Source: Oligoflexales bacterium (GTDB lineage: Bacteria; Bdellovibrionota_B; Oligoflexia; Oligoflexales; JAPPIL01). Taken from it: DNA of 64,000 nt. Numbering within the stretch: the stretch's first letter is position 1; each line of letters starts with the position of its first letter. The stretch covers positions 2,344,275 through 2,408,274 of the forward strand of contig OZ245333.1 in NCBI GenBank assembly GCA_965226195.1, written 5' to 3'. Made by a program: the position numbers and the translations under genes. Shown piece by piece: positions 38,820 through 48,899 of the stretch. The notes below the pieces were generated by a model. The model did not search any database. It worked only from the letters and a program-made list of their open reading frames with translations, and was not told the origin of the DNA.

Positions 38820-39459
38820 AGAATTCCGTAATGTCCCGGTAGTTGAACAGATTGCGAGCTTCCTCCATACACCACGCGTCGCCATCAGGAAAAGAATCAG
38901 CCCCGGAAGTATAACCATTTTGTGTTAGATCGCACTTGCCTTGAATACTGGTTGCGCCAGGTGTATCTGGGGCTTTCGGGTCTGGGGGAGTGTTTCCATT
39001 GCAGCCGGGAAAAACCCTCTTGTCACCCACCACATCAGAAGGGCCATAAGCAATAGAGAGAAACCCGTTCTCAGTTGCGCTAGATATGTAGTAACCATAG
39101 CGTGCTTTTACGCAGTTAGCGAGTCGAAATCCGAGTTTATTGTTGGCATCAGCGGGGAGACATTTGCTAGAACCACCACTGAAATAACCGTCCCTTTCAG
39201 CGGCAGAGTTCATATCTGTGCCGCCCCACTTTGTCCCGTCGCCATCGTAATAGTTTTCGTGCTCGATCGAGAAGCTTTCCTGCAATGTAAAAATCATGCC
39301 AAGATTAGTCTTCGCCTCCGCCTGTCTTGCGCGCGCCCGGAAGATGTTAAAGCGAGGCACTGCCACAGTTGCAAGTACGCCAAGGATGGCGACCACGACC
39401 ATCAGTTCTAGCAGCGAGAAGCCAAGCGGCTTTCTCATCCAATTTTTATGAGCACTCAT
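38812..39459 (-). CDS. Type IV pilin-like protein, cassette B
   Basis: MSAHKNWMRKPLG/FSLLELMVVVAILGVLA. The first 80 or so residues are almost identical to cassette A. The C-terminal domain is divergent but keeps the six Cys. Confidence 0.85.
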   Translation of the reverse strand: MSAHKNWMRKPLGFSLLELMVVVAILGVLATVAVPRFNIFRARARQAEAKTNLGMIFTLQESFSIEHENYYDGDGTKWGGTDMNSAAERDGYFSGGSSKCLPADANNKLGFRLANCVKARYGYYISSATENGFLSIAYGPSDVVGDKRVFPGCNGNTPPDPKAPDTPGATSIQGKCDLTQNGYTSGADSFPDGDAWCMEEARNLFNYRDITEFCE

Positions 39460-39636
39460 TTTATCCTCCACCATTTATGAAGATTTACATAAGTCACTAA
39501 CTTTAGTTCTCTATAAAACAGTTCGGCGTTTTTTTTTTGCCATTAGCTTTTTTTTAAGTACTAAAAATCTCAACAGGTTATGGCTTGCTTTTATCTGATC
39601 CTATAGCGGCATAAGGGTAGGCAACTGGTGTGGTTT

Positions 39637-39671
39637 CTTCCCCGTGCTGTTGATAGGAACACACGGGGAAG
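39637..39671. repeat. Conserved hairpin element upstream of pilin cassette B (CTTCCCCGTG-15 nt-CACGGGGAAG)
   Basis: Perfect 10-bp stem inside the near-identical ~235-bp leader shared with cassette A. Confidence 0.7.
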
Positions 39672-39735
39672 GCAGGTGTGTAGTGCTGACTACTTGACGG
39701 CAGGAAGGCAGGCAGGAGCACCTATTACCCGCTAT

Positions 39736-39853
39736 CTATCGCCTAACAATGCCACCGGGAAAGCTTTCGAGCTCAAGTGCTTCCAGCAGCTCTGCTCGCA
39801 AATTTTGCTTGATAAGGTCTTGATACTCGTGCCACAAGAGGCATCCCCTTGCT
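39736..39853 (-). pseudogene. Second 3'-terminal remnant of a paralogue of the 257-aa gene
   Basis: The reverse strand reads ARGCLLWHEYQDLIKQNLRAELLEALELESFPGGIVRR*. About 35 codons are alignable with the C-terminus of 40204-40977. Confidence 0.65.
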
Positions 39854-39902
39854 TTGTGCCACCTTCTGTGGTAAGGTGACGGTGGTCGACAACGAGGACA
39901 TA

Positions 39903-40187
39903 ATGAAAAAGATACTTCTGCTTACCATCATCCTTCTCTTCTGCAGTGCCTCCAAATTTCCGTCGTCACACTCCATCGCCGAGCGAATAGCTAGAAAGGT
40001 AATATTGGGTCTCGATCCTAAAAGGATTCTCCGTTATAAAATGGAAGTGATATTTGACCTTTACCCCCTAAACAGACCGACGAATGCACTGGAATCAGAT
40101 GATATCCCTGCAAACGTGCGGAAGATATGGCGGAAGGCAAAAGTTGACTACCTGAAGGAGATGGTAGAAGATTTGCCGTTAGATTAG
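39903..40187 (+). CDS. Small secreted protein, unknown function
   Basis: Start at ATG 39903 (SD GAGGA, 4-nt spacer). Signal peptide MKKILLLTIILLFCSAS. 94 aa. Confidence 0.5.
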   Translation: MKKILLLTIILLFCSASKFPSSHSIAERIARKVILGLDPKRILRYKMEVIFDLYPLNRPTNALESDDIPANVRKIWRKAKVDYLKEMVEDLPLD

Positions 40188-40203
40188 GGCTGCCTCGCCT
40201 CAC

Positions 40204-40977
40204 TCATTCGTTGCTCCCAATGCTCTGCGCAGTAATCCCGCTATTTATATTACCCAAAATTCCGCCGGGGAGGCTATCAAGCTCAAGTGCTTCCAGCAGC
40301 TCTGTTTGCAAACTAGGCTTGATAAGGTCTTGATACTCGTGCAGCAAAAGGCGAGTGGCTTCAATAAGATCGTGTTCAGAAATATCTTCAGCTGAGTACT
40401 GGGCGAACAACATTCCTTGTTTTGTTGCCATTGCCGTTGCGTGCACAAACTTTTCTGCCTGTTCAAAGTCAATTTCCAGTATAAACTGTGTCTTTAGTAT
40501 AGTATCTACATAGAGCTCGTCAAAATGCTCCTCGTCGTTGCGCAAAGAACTAACAATATCTGCATGTATATCAAATACAGCATAGATCTTGGCATTAAGT
40601 AAATTATTATTCAGGTCGGCAAAAATTTCCTCATACTCTTCGTTTTGTTCAGCTTCCATTAGCGCAGAGGCAGTCATAGCTTTATATGCAAAAACACCAT
40701 TATCTTGGCTTTCTAGTTCCGCATCTATACCATCACTTGCTTCTGGATCAGCTAAAGACATGATATTAGCAGCACCGAATATCTTCTCAAGAGCACCTGC
40801 ATCAAGGCCAGCCTTCTCCCCCGCAACCTTGAAGTGCTGATAAAGCACAGGAGCAAGGCTATTATACAGATAGAGCTGCAACGACAACTTACCCTCTCTC
40901 AATAACTTAAGTTGCATTTGTGCAGCAAACACGGGCGCAGACGCTGACATTGCCAACAAAAAAACTAACAATTTCAT
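40204..40977 (-). CDS. Secreted acidic helical protein, unknown function (parent of the two 3' remnants)
   Basis: 257 aa. Signal peptide MKLLVFLLAMSASAPVFAA. Its own TTGACA-17-TAAAAC promoter lies upstream. Confidence 0.6.
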   Translation of the reverse strand: MKLLVFLLAMSASAPVFAAQMQLKLLREGKLSLQLYLYNSLAPVLYQHFKVAGEKAGLDAGALEKIFGAANIMSLADPEASDGIDAELESQDNGVFAYKAMTASALMEAEQNEEYEEIFADLNNNLLNAKIYAVFDIHADIVSSLRNDEEHFDELYVDTILKTQFILEIDFEQAEKFVHATAMATKQGMLFAQYSAEDISEHDLIEATRLLLHEYQDLIKPSLQTELLEALELDSLPGGILGNINSGITAQSIGSNE

Positions 40978-41009
40978 TTAATTACCTCATAAAAGCAAAC
41001 AAAGTATAG

Positions 41010-41038
41010 TTTTATTACATTTATTTACAATTGTCAAG
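41010..41038 (-). promoter_or_regulatory. Sigma70-like promoter of the 257-aa gene
   Basis: On the minus strand: TTGACA (41033-41038), a 17-nt spacer, then TAAAAC (41010-41015). Two TATAGTTTTAT direct repeats are nearby. Confidence 0.35.
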
Positions 41039-41101
41039 CTATAGTTTTATAACTATGTAGACTTACAATAGAATTAGGGACAAACCACCCTTGCCATGAC
41101 T

Positions 41102-41887
41102 TTAGCCAAACCGCCCGGTAACATAGTCTTCCGTAGCACGAATGCGGGGTGCGGTAAACATGATGTCGGTCTTATTGTATTCAACCAGCTTGCCTTCGTA
41201 GAAGAAAGCGGCGCAATCAGAAATGCGTGCTGCCTGTTGCATGTTGTGGGTGACGATGACAATCGTATACTGTTCACGCAGAGTGGTGATTAGTTCCTCA
41301 ATTTTTTTAGTCGAGCGGGGGTCAAGGGCTGAACAAGGCTCGTCCATCAAAATAATTTCCGGCTCCATAGCGATTGCCCTTGCAATGCAGAGACGCTGAT
41401 GTTGTCCGCCCGACAAGGCAAGGGCTGATTGTTGCAGTTTGTCCTTGACCTCATCCCATAATGCCGCTTTGCGCAGCGAAGTCTCCACCGCCGCGTCGAT
41501 TTCGCTGCGCCGCCGCACACCTAGAATACGCAAGCCATAGGCAACATTTTCGTAGATCGATTTGGGGAACGGCGTTGGTTTTTGAAACACCATGCCCACC
41601 CGGCGGCGTAGCGAGATAACATCAAGTGTTTCTTGATTAATTTCAAGTTCATTAAGCTTAATACTGCCCGTCACCCGTGCCTGTGGCACGTTGTCGTTCA
41701 TGCGATTGAGACAGCGCAAAAACGTTGATTTGCCACATCCCGACGGCCCGATTAAGGCAGTTACCTGATGGCGCGGCATGGCAAAAGAAATAGCGAACAA
41801 GACCTGATTTTGACTGTAAAAAAAGTCTAAATCTTTGACATGCAAAATCCAATCGTCAAGTTCCATAACGTAAGCGTCTTTTTTCAT
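41102..41887 (-). CDS. pstB: Phosphate ABC transporter ATP-binding protein
   Basis: [40 protein letters not shown]-terminal [10 protein letters not shown]. Start placed at [12 protein letters not shown] (41887), 1 nt after the pstA stop. Confidence 0.9.
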   Translation of the reverse strand: MKKDAYVMELDDWILHVKDLDFFYSQNQVLFAISFAMPRHQVTALIGPSGCGKSTFLRCLNRMNDNVPQARVTGSIKLNELEINQETLDVISLRRRVGMVFQKPTPFPKSIYENVAYGLRILGVRRRSEIDAAVETSLRKAALWDEVKDKLQQSALALSGGQHQRLCIARAIAMEPEIILMDEPCSALDPRSTKKIEELITTLREQYTIVIVTHNMQQAARISDCAAFFYEGKLVEYNKTDIMFTAPRIRATEDYVTGRFG

Positions 41888-41888
41888 G

Positions 41889-43436
41889 CTAAAACCCACT
41901 GCTGACACTGTATTTTTTGCGCAAATAACTTCGCAACCACACCGAACTGCCAGTCATCAATAAGACAATTACTACTAACAGAAGGGTAGAAGCATACACC
42001 AACGGCTTGGCAGCCTCAATGTTTGGTGATTGACAAGAAATATCGTAAATATGAAAGCCAAGATGCATAAACTTACGATCGAGATGCAAAAGAGGAAACG
42101 TGCCATCGATCGGCAAACTCGGTGCAAGCTTCACTACACCTGTAATCATCAGCGGCGCAACCTCACCCGCAGCACGTGCCATCGCTAAAATAAAGCCCGT
42201 TAAAATACCCGGTGATGCCGCCGGCAACAACACCCGCCACAGTGTCTGCAAGCGTGTTGCCCCAAGTGCCAGCGACGAGTCACGAAATGCACTCGGAATA
42301 GCACGCAGTGCCTCTTCCACCGCCACAATCACCACTGGCATAGTGAGCAGACCGAGACTGAGGCTTGCCCATAGCAGACCTCCCGTGCCAAAGGTTGGCT
42401 CTGGCAACGTCTTGGCAAAAAACAATTCATCAATGCCACTACCCAAACCATAAATAAAAAAGCCCAATCCAAAAATACCAAACACAATCGATGGTATGCC
42501 GGCAAGATTATTCACAGCAACCCGCACCAATTGCAAAAAAAATCCGTGTCCAGCATAAACACCGAGATATATTCCCGCCAGCACCCCAAAGGGAAAAGAC
42601 GTAATGCTCATAATAAAAACTAACAATACCGTGCCAAAAGCTGCAGGGAACACACCCCCTTCCATGTTTGCCTCACGTGGCTCGTCGAACAACAACTCAC
42701 CAACTTTTTTCGCATAATGCACAGTTTTAGCAAAAATACTCATACTGCTAGGCTGATAGAAGCGAATTATGTCAGAAAGACGAATGCTTTTTTCCTTACC
42801 ATCTGTGGTAATAAACAAAGCACGATAAGTGTCGAGTTCCTGCTCCAATGTCGCCACCTGCTTGTTTTGTGCCTCAATCAGATATTGGTAACGACTAATG
42901 CTCTCCTGATTGACAGGCGTATTTTTTTCTTCAGCCCACAGTTGATCGTTATACGTACCCACCAACGTGTGTATTTGATCAATACGCTCAGACAATTCTT
43001 CTATTTCGGGATGCAGCTCTTCGGTAACAAAATAGTTCTTGATGTGAGATGGGTTATTTTCAGCAAGATACCCGATAAAATTACCGTATTCAACTCGCTC
43101 AATGACATAGATGTCAGGTGGATAAGAAGTTTCATCCACTGTGTCGGCAGTTATCCACTTGAAATCATGACCGCTGACATCGCGATTCGCAGTCTTGAGT
43201 TGCAAGCGATACAACTTGTCGTTACGCCATTCTTTTTTGATAATCTCGCCAGCAATAACATCACCGCTAGTAGTCACAATACGAACAACATCACTTGGCC
43301 ACAAAGCACTCAAGCCATTGATAACAATGATGGCGAAGAAGCCCACTGTCATCAGCATTACCAACGTCATACCTGCAGCAGTTACCCATACCCAAGGTTC
43401 GCCGGCACCCCAGAATTTTTTTTTACAAATTGCCAT
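41889..43436 (-). CDS. pstA: Phosphate ABC transporter permease, long form
   Basis: 515 aa. N-terminal TM, then a large extracytoplasmic insert, then the PstA core ([40 protein letters not shown]). Confidence 0.85.
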   Translation of the reverse strand: MAICKKKFWGAGEPWVWVTAAGMTLVMLMTVGFFAIIVINGLSALWPSDVVRIVTTSGDVIAGEIIKKEWRNDKLYRLQLKTANRDVSGHDFKWITADTVDETSYPPDIYVIERVEYGNFIGYLAENNPSHIKNYFVTEELHPEIEELSERIDQIHTLVGTYNDQLWAEEKNTPVNQESISRYQYLIEAQNKQVATLEQELDTYRALFITTDGKEKSIRLSDIIRFYQPSSMSIFAKTVHYAKKVGELLFDEPREANMEGGVFPAAFGTVLLVFIMSITSFPFGVLAGIYLGVYAGHGFFLQLVRVAVNNLAGIPSIVFGIFGLGFFIYGLGSGIDELFFAKTLPEPTFGTGGLLWASLSLGLLTMPVVIVAVEEALRAIPSAFRDSSLALGATRLQTLWRVLLPAASPGILTGFILAMARAAGEVAPLMITGVVKLAPSLPIDGTFPLLHLDRKFMHLGFHIYDISCQSPNIEAAKPLVYASTLLLVVIVLLMTGSSVWLRSYLRKKYSVSSGF

Positions 43437-45615
43437 AGCGCTTTCTCAAACCAGTGCGCACCAATTCCGCCACGGTGTTGAACATAAAAGTTAACACGAA
43501 CAACACCACCGCACACAAGAACAGCGTGCGATACAGCGTGCTGTTGACAGGTGCTTCGGGCACTTCTACGGCAATGTTTGCTGCTAGTGTGCGCATGCCG
43601 TTGAACGGACTAAAGTCAATGATGGGTGTGTTGCCTGTCGCCATCAGCACAATCATCGTTTCGCCCACTGCACGTCCAAAACCAATGATTGCCGCGGCAG
43701 CAATGCCCGGACTTGCCGACGGCAACACCACACGCCAAATTGTCTGCCAGCGGCTTGCACCAAGTGCCAACGATGATAACGGCAAGGCTTTGGGAATGTT
43801 GTCGAGACTGTCTTCTGAAATAGAAAAGATTATCGGAATTACGGCAAAGCCAAGCCCAAAAGCTATGATAATACTGTTGCGTTGATCGTATTGCATTCCT
43901 ACTACATCGTAAAGCCACGTGCTGAAATCGCCACGAAAAAAATAATTTTCCACTGGAGGAGTCAAGTAATAAGCACACAGTGCCGCTACTGCGACGACTG
44001 GCACAAGAATCATAAACTCACGCTGTCGTTCAAAACGTTCTACAAAAGTAAAATTACGCAGCTGTGCCCACAAAAATAAAAACAGCAAAAAAACTAGCGG
44101 TAAGGTTATGATACTCAATAAAAAAGTGACGAGAAAATTTTGCAAAAAAGGCGCAAGCCATAACACAGCAAGAAATCCAATTACCACAGAAGGCAACGAA
44201 GCGAGCACCTCTATAGCAGGCTTGATGAAGGCTTTGAAGGCTTTGGAAGCAAACTGACTGGTGTAAACCGCGGCAGCAATCGACAGTGGCAACACTAGCA
44301 GCAGGGCATACAGAGTGCCCTTGAATGTGCCAAAAATCAGAGGCACAAGGCTTAGCTTAGGCTCGAAATCATCTGTGCCACTCGAAGACTGCCACACGTA
44401 AGCAGGCTGAACGTAGCCCTCATACCAGACGCGCTGCATCAAGGTGGCAAAGCTGATTTCTGCGTGCGGTGCGTCTATACCCCACAGAGCAGCGGTTTTG
44501 AAGGCATTAACTGTTACCAACGCATTGTCACGCGGAGACAAGGCAAGCGTGTGCCGCAGTCCTTCTGTTGCAGGAATATAACGCACCGTTGCCGCATTGG
44601 TGAGAACGTGCAGTGCCAGCCCGCCACGAGCATCGAGGGCGGCAAAAAATTTGCTGCGTCCTGCTTTGCTGAATGCTTGCACCGCTGCTGGTAGCGAGGC
44701 GAAAGTTTTGAACCGCACCAGCTTATTGCCCTTTGCCGCTTGCCATGCAGACAGCTGTCCTTCTGTGTCACCGACAATGAAGGAGTTGTCGCCATAGACG
44801 AACTTAAGTGCCGTCACCGCGGTAGCACTAACTTTATTACTAGTCATGGTGCTGCCGCCGTCTGTGTTTATCTTGATGAAGGTGACTTCACCCTGGGCGT
44901 TGCCTGCTACTACTTTTGTAGCATCAGCACTAACATCGAGTGCCGTCACCGCGGCGAGACGGAAAGATAGGTCGAGTTGCTGCTGCTGCTGTTCGTCGTC
45001 GCTGACACTGAAAATATCGTCGGCTTCCTCCTCTTGCACATCTTCTGCAGGAGGAGGGGAGGTGATGGTAAGTCGATCGTTATCAACTGCGAACAGAATG
45101 TTTTTCTTTCTAATGGCTGCAAATTGTGGTGAGCGGAGAAGCTGCCGTTGATACAAGAGCACAGGCGTGGCATTAACATCAATTGAACTGATCACACCGT
45201 CGCTCCACACTAGAGTGTGTTGTGCCGCGCGCTCGCTTTCCACTGCCGTGATGGTGGCATTGCTGGCAGGACGCAAGCGATAAGTGCTCTGCACGCTGTG
45301 CCCGTCGATGTTATGCACCGTGACACGACCATGTGTTTCGATGCTGTATATCGTCTGGAGGTGCTCGTCACTACCAGCGGCAAGCACTGCAGACGAGGTG
45401 GAGAGGCGCTGTTCAGCTAACTGCTGCACACCCGCGGAATAGAACAGCGGCAATGCCACTGTGGTTATCAGCAACAAAATGCCAACGGTAGCGGCAATCA
45501 CCAATAAACCACCGCCCTTGATGACCCACGTGGCACACGCGTCGGCAAGGTGCGCAATACGTGTGCGGCGACCAGTATAGTTAGCAACTGTTCCCATACC
45601 GCAAGTATCTTTCAA
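43423..45615 (-). CDS. pstC: Phosphate ABC transporter permease, long form with ~400-aa N-terminal extracytoplasmic domain
   Basis: 730 aa. C-terminal PstC core (SLDNIPKALPLSSLALGASRWQTIWRVVLPSASPGIAAA). The N-terminal domain has repeated strand motifs (VVAGNAQGEVTFIKI, FIVGDTEGQLSAWQ, AALDARGGLALHVL) suggesting a beta-propeller. Overlaps pstA by 14 nt. Confidence 0.85.
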   Translation of the reverse strand: MKDTCGMGTVANYTGRRTRIAHLADACATWVIKGGGLLVIAATVGILLLITTVALPLFYSAGVQQLAEQRLSTSSAVLAAGSDEHLQTIYSIETHGRVTVHNIDGHSVQSTYRLRPASNATITAVESERAAQHTLVWSDGVISSIDVNATPVLLYQRQLLRSPQFAAIRKKNILFAVDNDRLTITSPPPAEDVQEEEADDIFSVSDDEQQQQQLDLSFRLAAVTALDVSADATKVVAGNAQGEVTFIKINTDGGSTMTSNKVSATAVTALKFVYGDNSFIVGDTEGQLSAWQAAKGNKLVRFKTFASLPAAVQAFSKAGRSKFFAALDARGGLALHVLTNAATVRYIPATEGLRHTLALSPRDNALVTVNAFKTAALWGIDAPHAEISFATLMQRVWYEGYVQPAYVWQSSSGTDDFEPKLSLVPLIFGTFKGTLYALLLVLPLSIAAAVYTSQFASKAFKAFIKPAIEVLASLPSVVIGFLAVLWLAPFLQNFLVTFLLSIITLPLVFLLFLFLWAQLRNFTFVERFERQREFMILVPVVAVAALCAYYLTPPVENYFFRGDFSTWLYDVVGMQYDQRNSIIIAFGLGFAVIPIIFSISEDSLDNIPKALPLSSLALGASRWQTIWRVVLPSASPGIAAAAIIGFGRAVGETMIVLMATGNTPIIDFSPFNGMRTLAANIAVEVPEAPVNSTLYRTLFLCAVVLFVLTFMFNTVAELVRTGLRKRYGNL

Positions 45616-45764
45616 TAACGATTACATGCTGATCGGGCGGATTCTAGCGCAATGCTCGTATGGCGTCAATTTGTTTTTCCAAATTTCTAGGTGATTGCGT
45701 ATACCATACCTAAAGTTTATTTGGTAAATACCGATAGTATGGGTAGCAGAAAGTGGTGGTGACA

Positions 45765-45956
45765 ATGGACAACGCTGAAGAAATCGGTAGGAGCATACAG
45801 CTGCTAGTAGAATGGGTACATCACTACGGCGGTACTATTGGGCTGGCGGTATTGTTAGCCACGATAGCATTACTTCACGCGTTGGCCGTTTTCGGTATAT
45901 TTTATGCGATATTTAGGCTAGTCCTCTCTGCAAGGAGCACAAAAAAACGGGTGTAG
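45765..45956 (+). CDS. Possible small membrane protein
   Basis: MDNAEEIGRSIQLLVEWVHHYGGTIGLAVLLATIALLHALAVFGIFYAIF. One or two TM helices, no clear SD. Confidence 0.25.
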   Translation: MDNAEEIGRSIQLLVEWVHHYGGTIGLAVLLATIALLHALAVFGIFYAIFRLVLSARSTKKRV

Positions 45957-46102
45957 TCTACGCTGCTGTGTCGCTGCTGACCAAATCAAGTGCTGAGGAG
46001 ATGGCAGATTGGAAACTAGGTTATGGCACTGACAAGGATGGAGTTAGTCGCAACAGATACAGAGCTGTCTATGTGCGGTACTAAAGAAGAAAATAGGTCA
46101 GC

Positions 46103-47533
46103 CTAACTAGCCTCTGGTTCTGGAATTTTGTTGATTGTCGTGGGCACGCTCTCGATCGCCGGCGTTGCTGGCTGTTCTTTAGTCACAGGCACTTCGAGTT
46201 CTTTGAAAGCCAGTACTTTAGGCATGACGCGGCTGTCCCATGAACTGTTGGCTCTGTTATAGCGCTCGACGGTCTGATGCAATGATTTGCCTATCGATAC
46301 GTAGTGCTCGGCAAAAACAGCAAGACGATCGTGCAACTCCTTGCCAAGTTCGCTGATTTCACGTGCCTTCTCGACTACTCGCACCTGCTTCCACATCAAC
46401 GCAATCGCTTTCAGCAATGCTAACAAAGTCGGTGGAGTGACAATTACCACCTTCTTGTTAAGTGCCCACTCGATCAAATCAGTGTCGCGTTCCAGCGCCG
46501 GCAAAAAAGCAAACTCTGGCAATACCATTACTACAAGATCGGTGGTGTTCAGTAATTGCCAGTATTCCTTGCTTGACAGGTCTTTGACATGTCCTTTGAC
46601 CTGTTCGACGTGACGGATGAGTGCTTGCTCCTTTTGCTCCTCGTTGTCCGTATCGAAGGCCTCCATCAGCGCGGTAAGCGATACTTTGGAGTCAAGAATG
46701 ACACGGCGATCTTCGGGCATATTGACGATGACATCGGTGCGCAAACGCTGACCTTCAACATCGAAGCTGTCCTGCACACTGTAGTCAATGTCTTTGCGCA
46801 ACCCTGATAGCTCCAGCACACGTTCCAGCTGTATCTCTCCCCAACGACCTCGCACGCTTGGTTTGCGCAGAGCAGATGCTAGCGCCTGTGCTTCCTTGCC
46901 CAAGTAGCGGCTTTCCTCAATCATCTTCGCCATCTGTTCCTTGAACATCGAGGCATTGGCAATACTGTCACGGTCAAGGTGTTCGATTTTTTCCTTCAGC
47001 GGGCGCACAATCTTGTCAATTTCTTCTTGTCCCAGCTTGAATAGCTTGTCAGCATTGCTTTGAAAATTATCACCCTGTGTCTTCAGTGTGTCGGCTGAGA
47101 GGGAACGGAAAGCATCCTTGAAGCGCTGCTCTAGAGTGTCACGCTCATTAAGCTGCTGCTGTGCGGTGTCAAGCTTGGTTAGCAGCTCGCTCTTCTCCGC
47201 CATCAACCCCTGTATCTTCTGCTGGAGCTCGTCGCTACGCTCCTTCCACGTTGTCTTCTCTCGCTCGATGCGCAAGTTCAAGTCACGTGCCGCGGCGAGG
47301 CTTTCCTTGAGACCTGCGCATTCATCACGCACACGGCCAAGTGGTTCAAGCTGATCCTGCAGGCGTGCTAGATTGCGTTGGTTATGGTCGAGATTGCTCT
47401 GCAGCGTGGCATTAACTGCCGTCAGTTTCGCCAACCGTGCTGGGCTGTCCGACTTACGCCACAACGCCAGTGCTGCCACCAATATCAGCATCATCGCAAT
47501 GACTATAAGCAACAATGCCGTCATCATCTCCAC
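46103..47533 (-). CDS. rmuC: DNA recombination protein RmuC
   Basis: 476 aa. N-terminal TM, long coiled coil, and a C-terminal nuclease-like domain (RTDVIVNMPEDRRVILDSKVSLTA...VVMVLPEFAFLPALE) typical of RmuC. Confidence 0.85.
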   Translation of the reverse strand: MEMMTALLLIVIAMMLILVAALALWRKSDSPARLAKLTAVNATLQSNLDHNQRNLARLQDQLEPLGRVRDECAGLKESLAAARDLNLRIEREKTTWKERSDELQQKIQGLMAEKSELLTKLDTAQQQLNERDTLEQRFKDAFRSLSADTLKTQGDNFQSNADKLFKLGQEEIDKIVRPLKEKIEHLDRDSIANASMFKEQMAKMIEESRYLGKEAQALASALRKPSVRGRWGEIQLERVLELSGLRKDIDYSVQDSFDVEGQRLRTDVIVNMPEDRRVILDSKVSLTALMEAFDTDNEEQKEQALIRHVEQVKGHVKDLSSKEYWQLLNTTDLVVMVLPEFAFLPALERDTDLIEWALNKKVVIVTPPTLLALLKAIALMWKQVRVVEKAREISELGKELHDRLAVFAEHYVSIGKSLHQTVERYNRANSSWDSRVMPKVLAFKELEVPVTKEQPATPAIESVPTTINKIPEPEAS

Positions 47534-47683
47534 ATCTCTCTCCTCTTGCAGCTACCTACTCATTATCGCACAGGTTGAAGCTTTTAGTAATCCGAAAATG
47601 GTTGCATCGCTGCTCATGGAGGTATAGAAAGCACGATGTGTTTGGTTTTTTTGTTTAATTTCATTGATAAGGAGTCTAAGGTA

Positions 47684-48529
47684 ATGAAATTTTTGATTTT
47701 GCTAATGTTGATGTTTTCCTTCCAGCGTGTTGAGGCAGGGGGGATTGAGAAGGTTGCTGTGTCAAAGACACGCTGGCTGCAACGTTTTGCCTCATCAAAC
47801 AGCGTGGTGCAGAAAGCACTAGAGGGTGGCTCGATGCTCACACTGTGCCTTAGCTTGGTCTTGTCATCATGCTCATTACCCGACTACTACAATCCCAATC
47901 GCAACCCTGAGGCAGCAGAAAGTCAGTCCCTCAACAGCAAGCCAGTCGAAGTTGCCCCGCCTATCGAGCTTGCTCCCCCCGAAGCTTTTCAGCCTGCAGA
48001 AAGGGAGAATCCATATAGAATAGATGTTCACTACCTGAAAGGCTTTGGTGGTATCAGCCAAAGTGACATAGATGACTACATGTTGGCAAAGGACAGCTTG
48101 CCTGCTAGCTTTTACAAGGATGTGTTGATTCACTACCGAAGTGGGGATAACAATTTCGTTGGTGTCGCCCAGCTCAACAGCCACGCTGACAATACGGTGC
48201 GTGTTATCGACCTCGGTACTGGCAAGGTGCGGGACACCATCAGCACTGAACGCATCGAGGGCATCTACGTCTTTATGCACGAAAACTACGGCGACCACTT
48301 CATTAAATTTTCCGCCATGCACCTGCAAGAACTGGAGGGTGACAGCTTTGGAGAGCTAGGTTGGGCAACCATCTACGCCAAGACCCGCATTATCTTCAGC
48401 AGTGACTATCAAGCAGTGCGGGTCTATGGGGTGCAAAAATCTCCCGGCAAAATTTTCAAGCTGTCTGATGCACAAAGATTCCGGGGATTTGTGCATAGCG
48501 ACCATATCATCAATCTAGATGGTAACTGA
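47684..48529 (+). CDS. Tandem-signal secreted beta-rich protein, family member P1
   Basis: Start at ATG 47684 (SD AAGGAG). The leader is MKFLILLMLMFSFQRVEAGG, then TRWLQRF, then MLTLCLSLVLSSC. The C-terminal region is homologous to P2-P5. Confidence 0.7.
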   Translation: MKFLILLMLMFSFQRVEAGGIEKVAVSKTRWLQRFASSNSVVQKALEGGSMLTLCLSLVLSSCSLPDYYNPNRNPEAAESQSLNSKPVEVAPPIELAPPEAFQPAERENPYRIDVHYLKGFGGISQSDIDDYMLAKDSLPASFYKDVLIHYRSGDNNFVGVAQLNSHADNTVRVIDLGTGKVRDTISTERIEGIYVFMHENYGDHFIKFSAMHLQELEGDSFGELGWATIYAKTRIIFSSDYQAVRVYGVQKSPGKIFKLSDAQRFRGFVHSDHIINLDGN

Positions 48530-48626
48530 GATAAGAGCTTATCTGGAGCATCTCGTGACCAGCTGTACCTGTCACGAGTGCGTTTGAAACTGAAATATGT
48601 AGATGCGGTATTCCTACTGCCATCTA

Positions 48627-48809
48627 TTAATTGGGAGGAGACGGTGACCGCTGAGGAGACGTGAGCTGCTCAACGTAATTTTTTAGTGTTACGGCAGATT
48701 CTTGTATCGAGATCAGCTCTTTCTCCACCGATTGCCTTAGGGATTTTTCTAATGCCGCAAACTTGTCTTCCAACATTTTAACGAGGACGGCAAATTGCTC
48801 ATCACTCAT
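48627..48809 (-). CDS. Small coiled-coil protein, unknown function
   Basis: Start at ATG 48809 (SD GGAGGA, 5-nt spacer). 60 aa: MSDEQFAVLVKMLEDKFAALEKSLRQSVEKELISIQ... Confidence 0.45.
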   Translation of the reverse strand: MSDEQFAVLVKMLEDKFAALEKSLRQSVEKELISIQESAVTLKNYVEQLTSPQRSPSPPN

Positions 48810-48899
48810 AACTGTCCTCCGTCTATGGTCACAAACCATGCAATCTGAACCTTACCATCAGGCTACCTCAATGCACATAAAGCGAACGTTGAGGAAATC

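Noticed and set aside
36901-39853. Diversity-generating retroelement as the source of pilin C-terminal variability
   Set aside because: No reverse transcriptase ORF lies in or near the locus. The near-identical segments are the 5' leader and N-terminal half rather than a template/variable repeat pair at the 3' end. There is no adenine-specific mismatch pattern.
42717-43481. Long antisense ORFs in the track (254 aa opposite pstA; also 5208-5816, 8278-8814, 22544-23095, 26913-27458, 56030-56518, 15258-15806)
   Set aside because: Each lies entirely within a longer ORF on the other strand that has clear family motifs. They lack SD sites and have low-complexity or biased composition typical of shadow ORFs.
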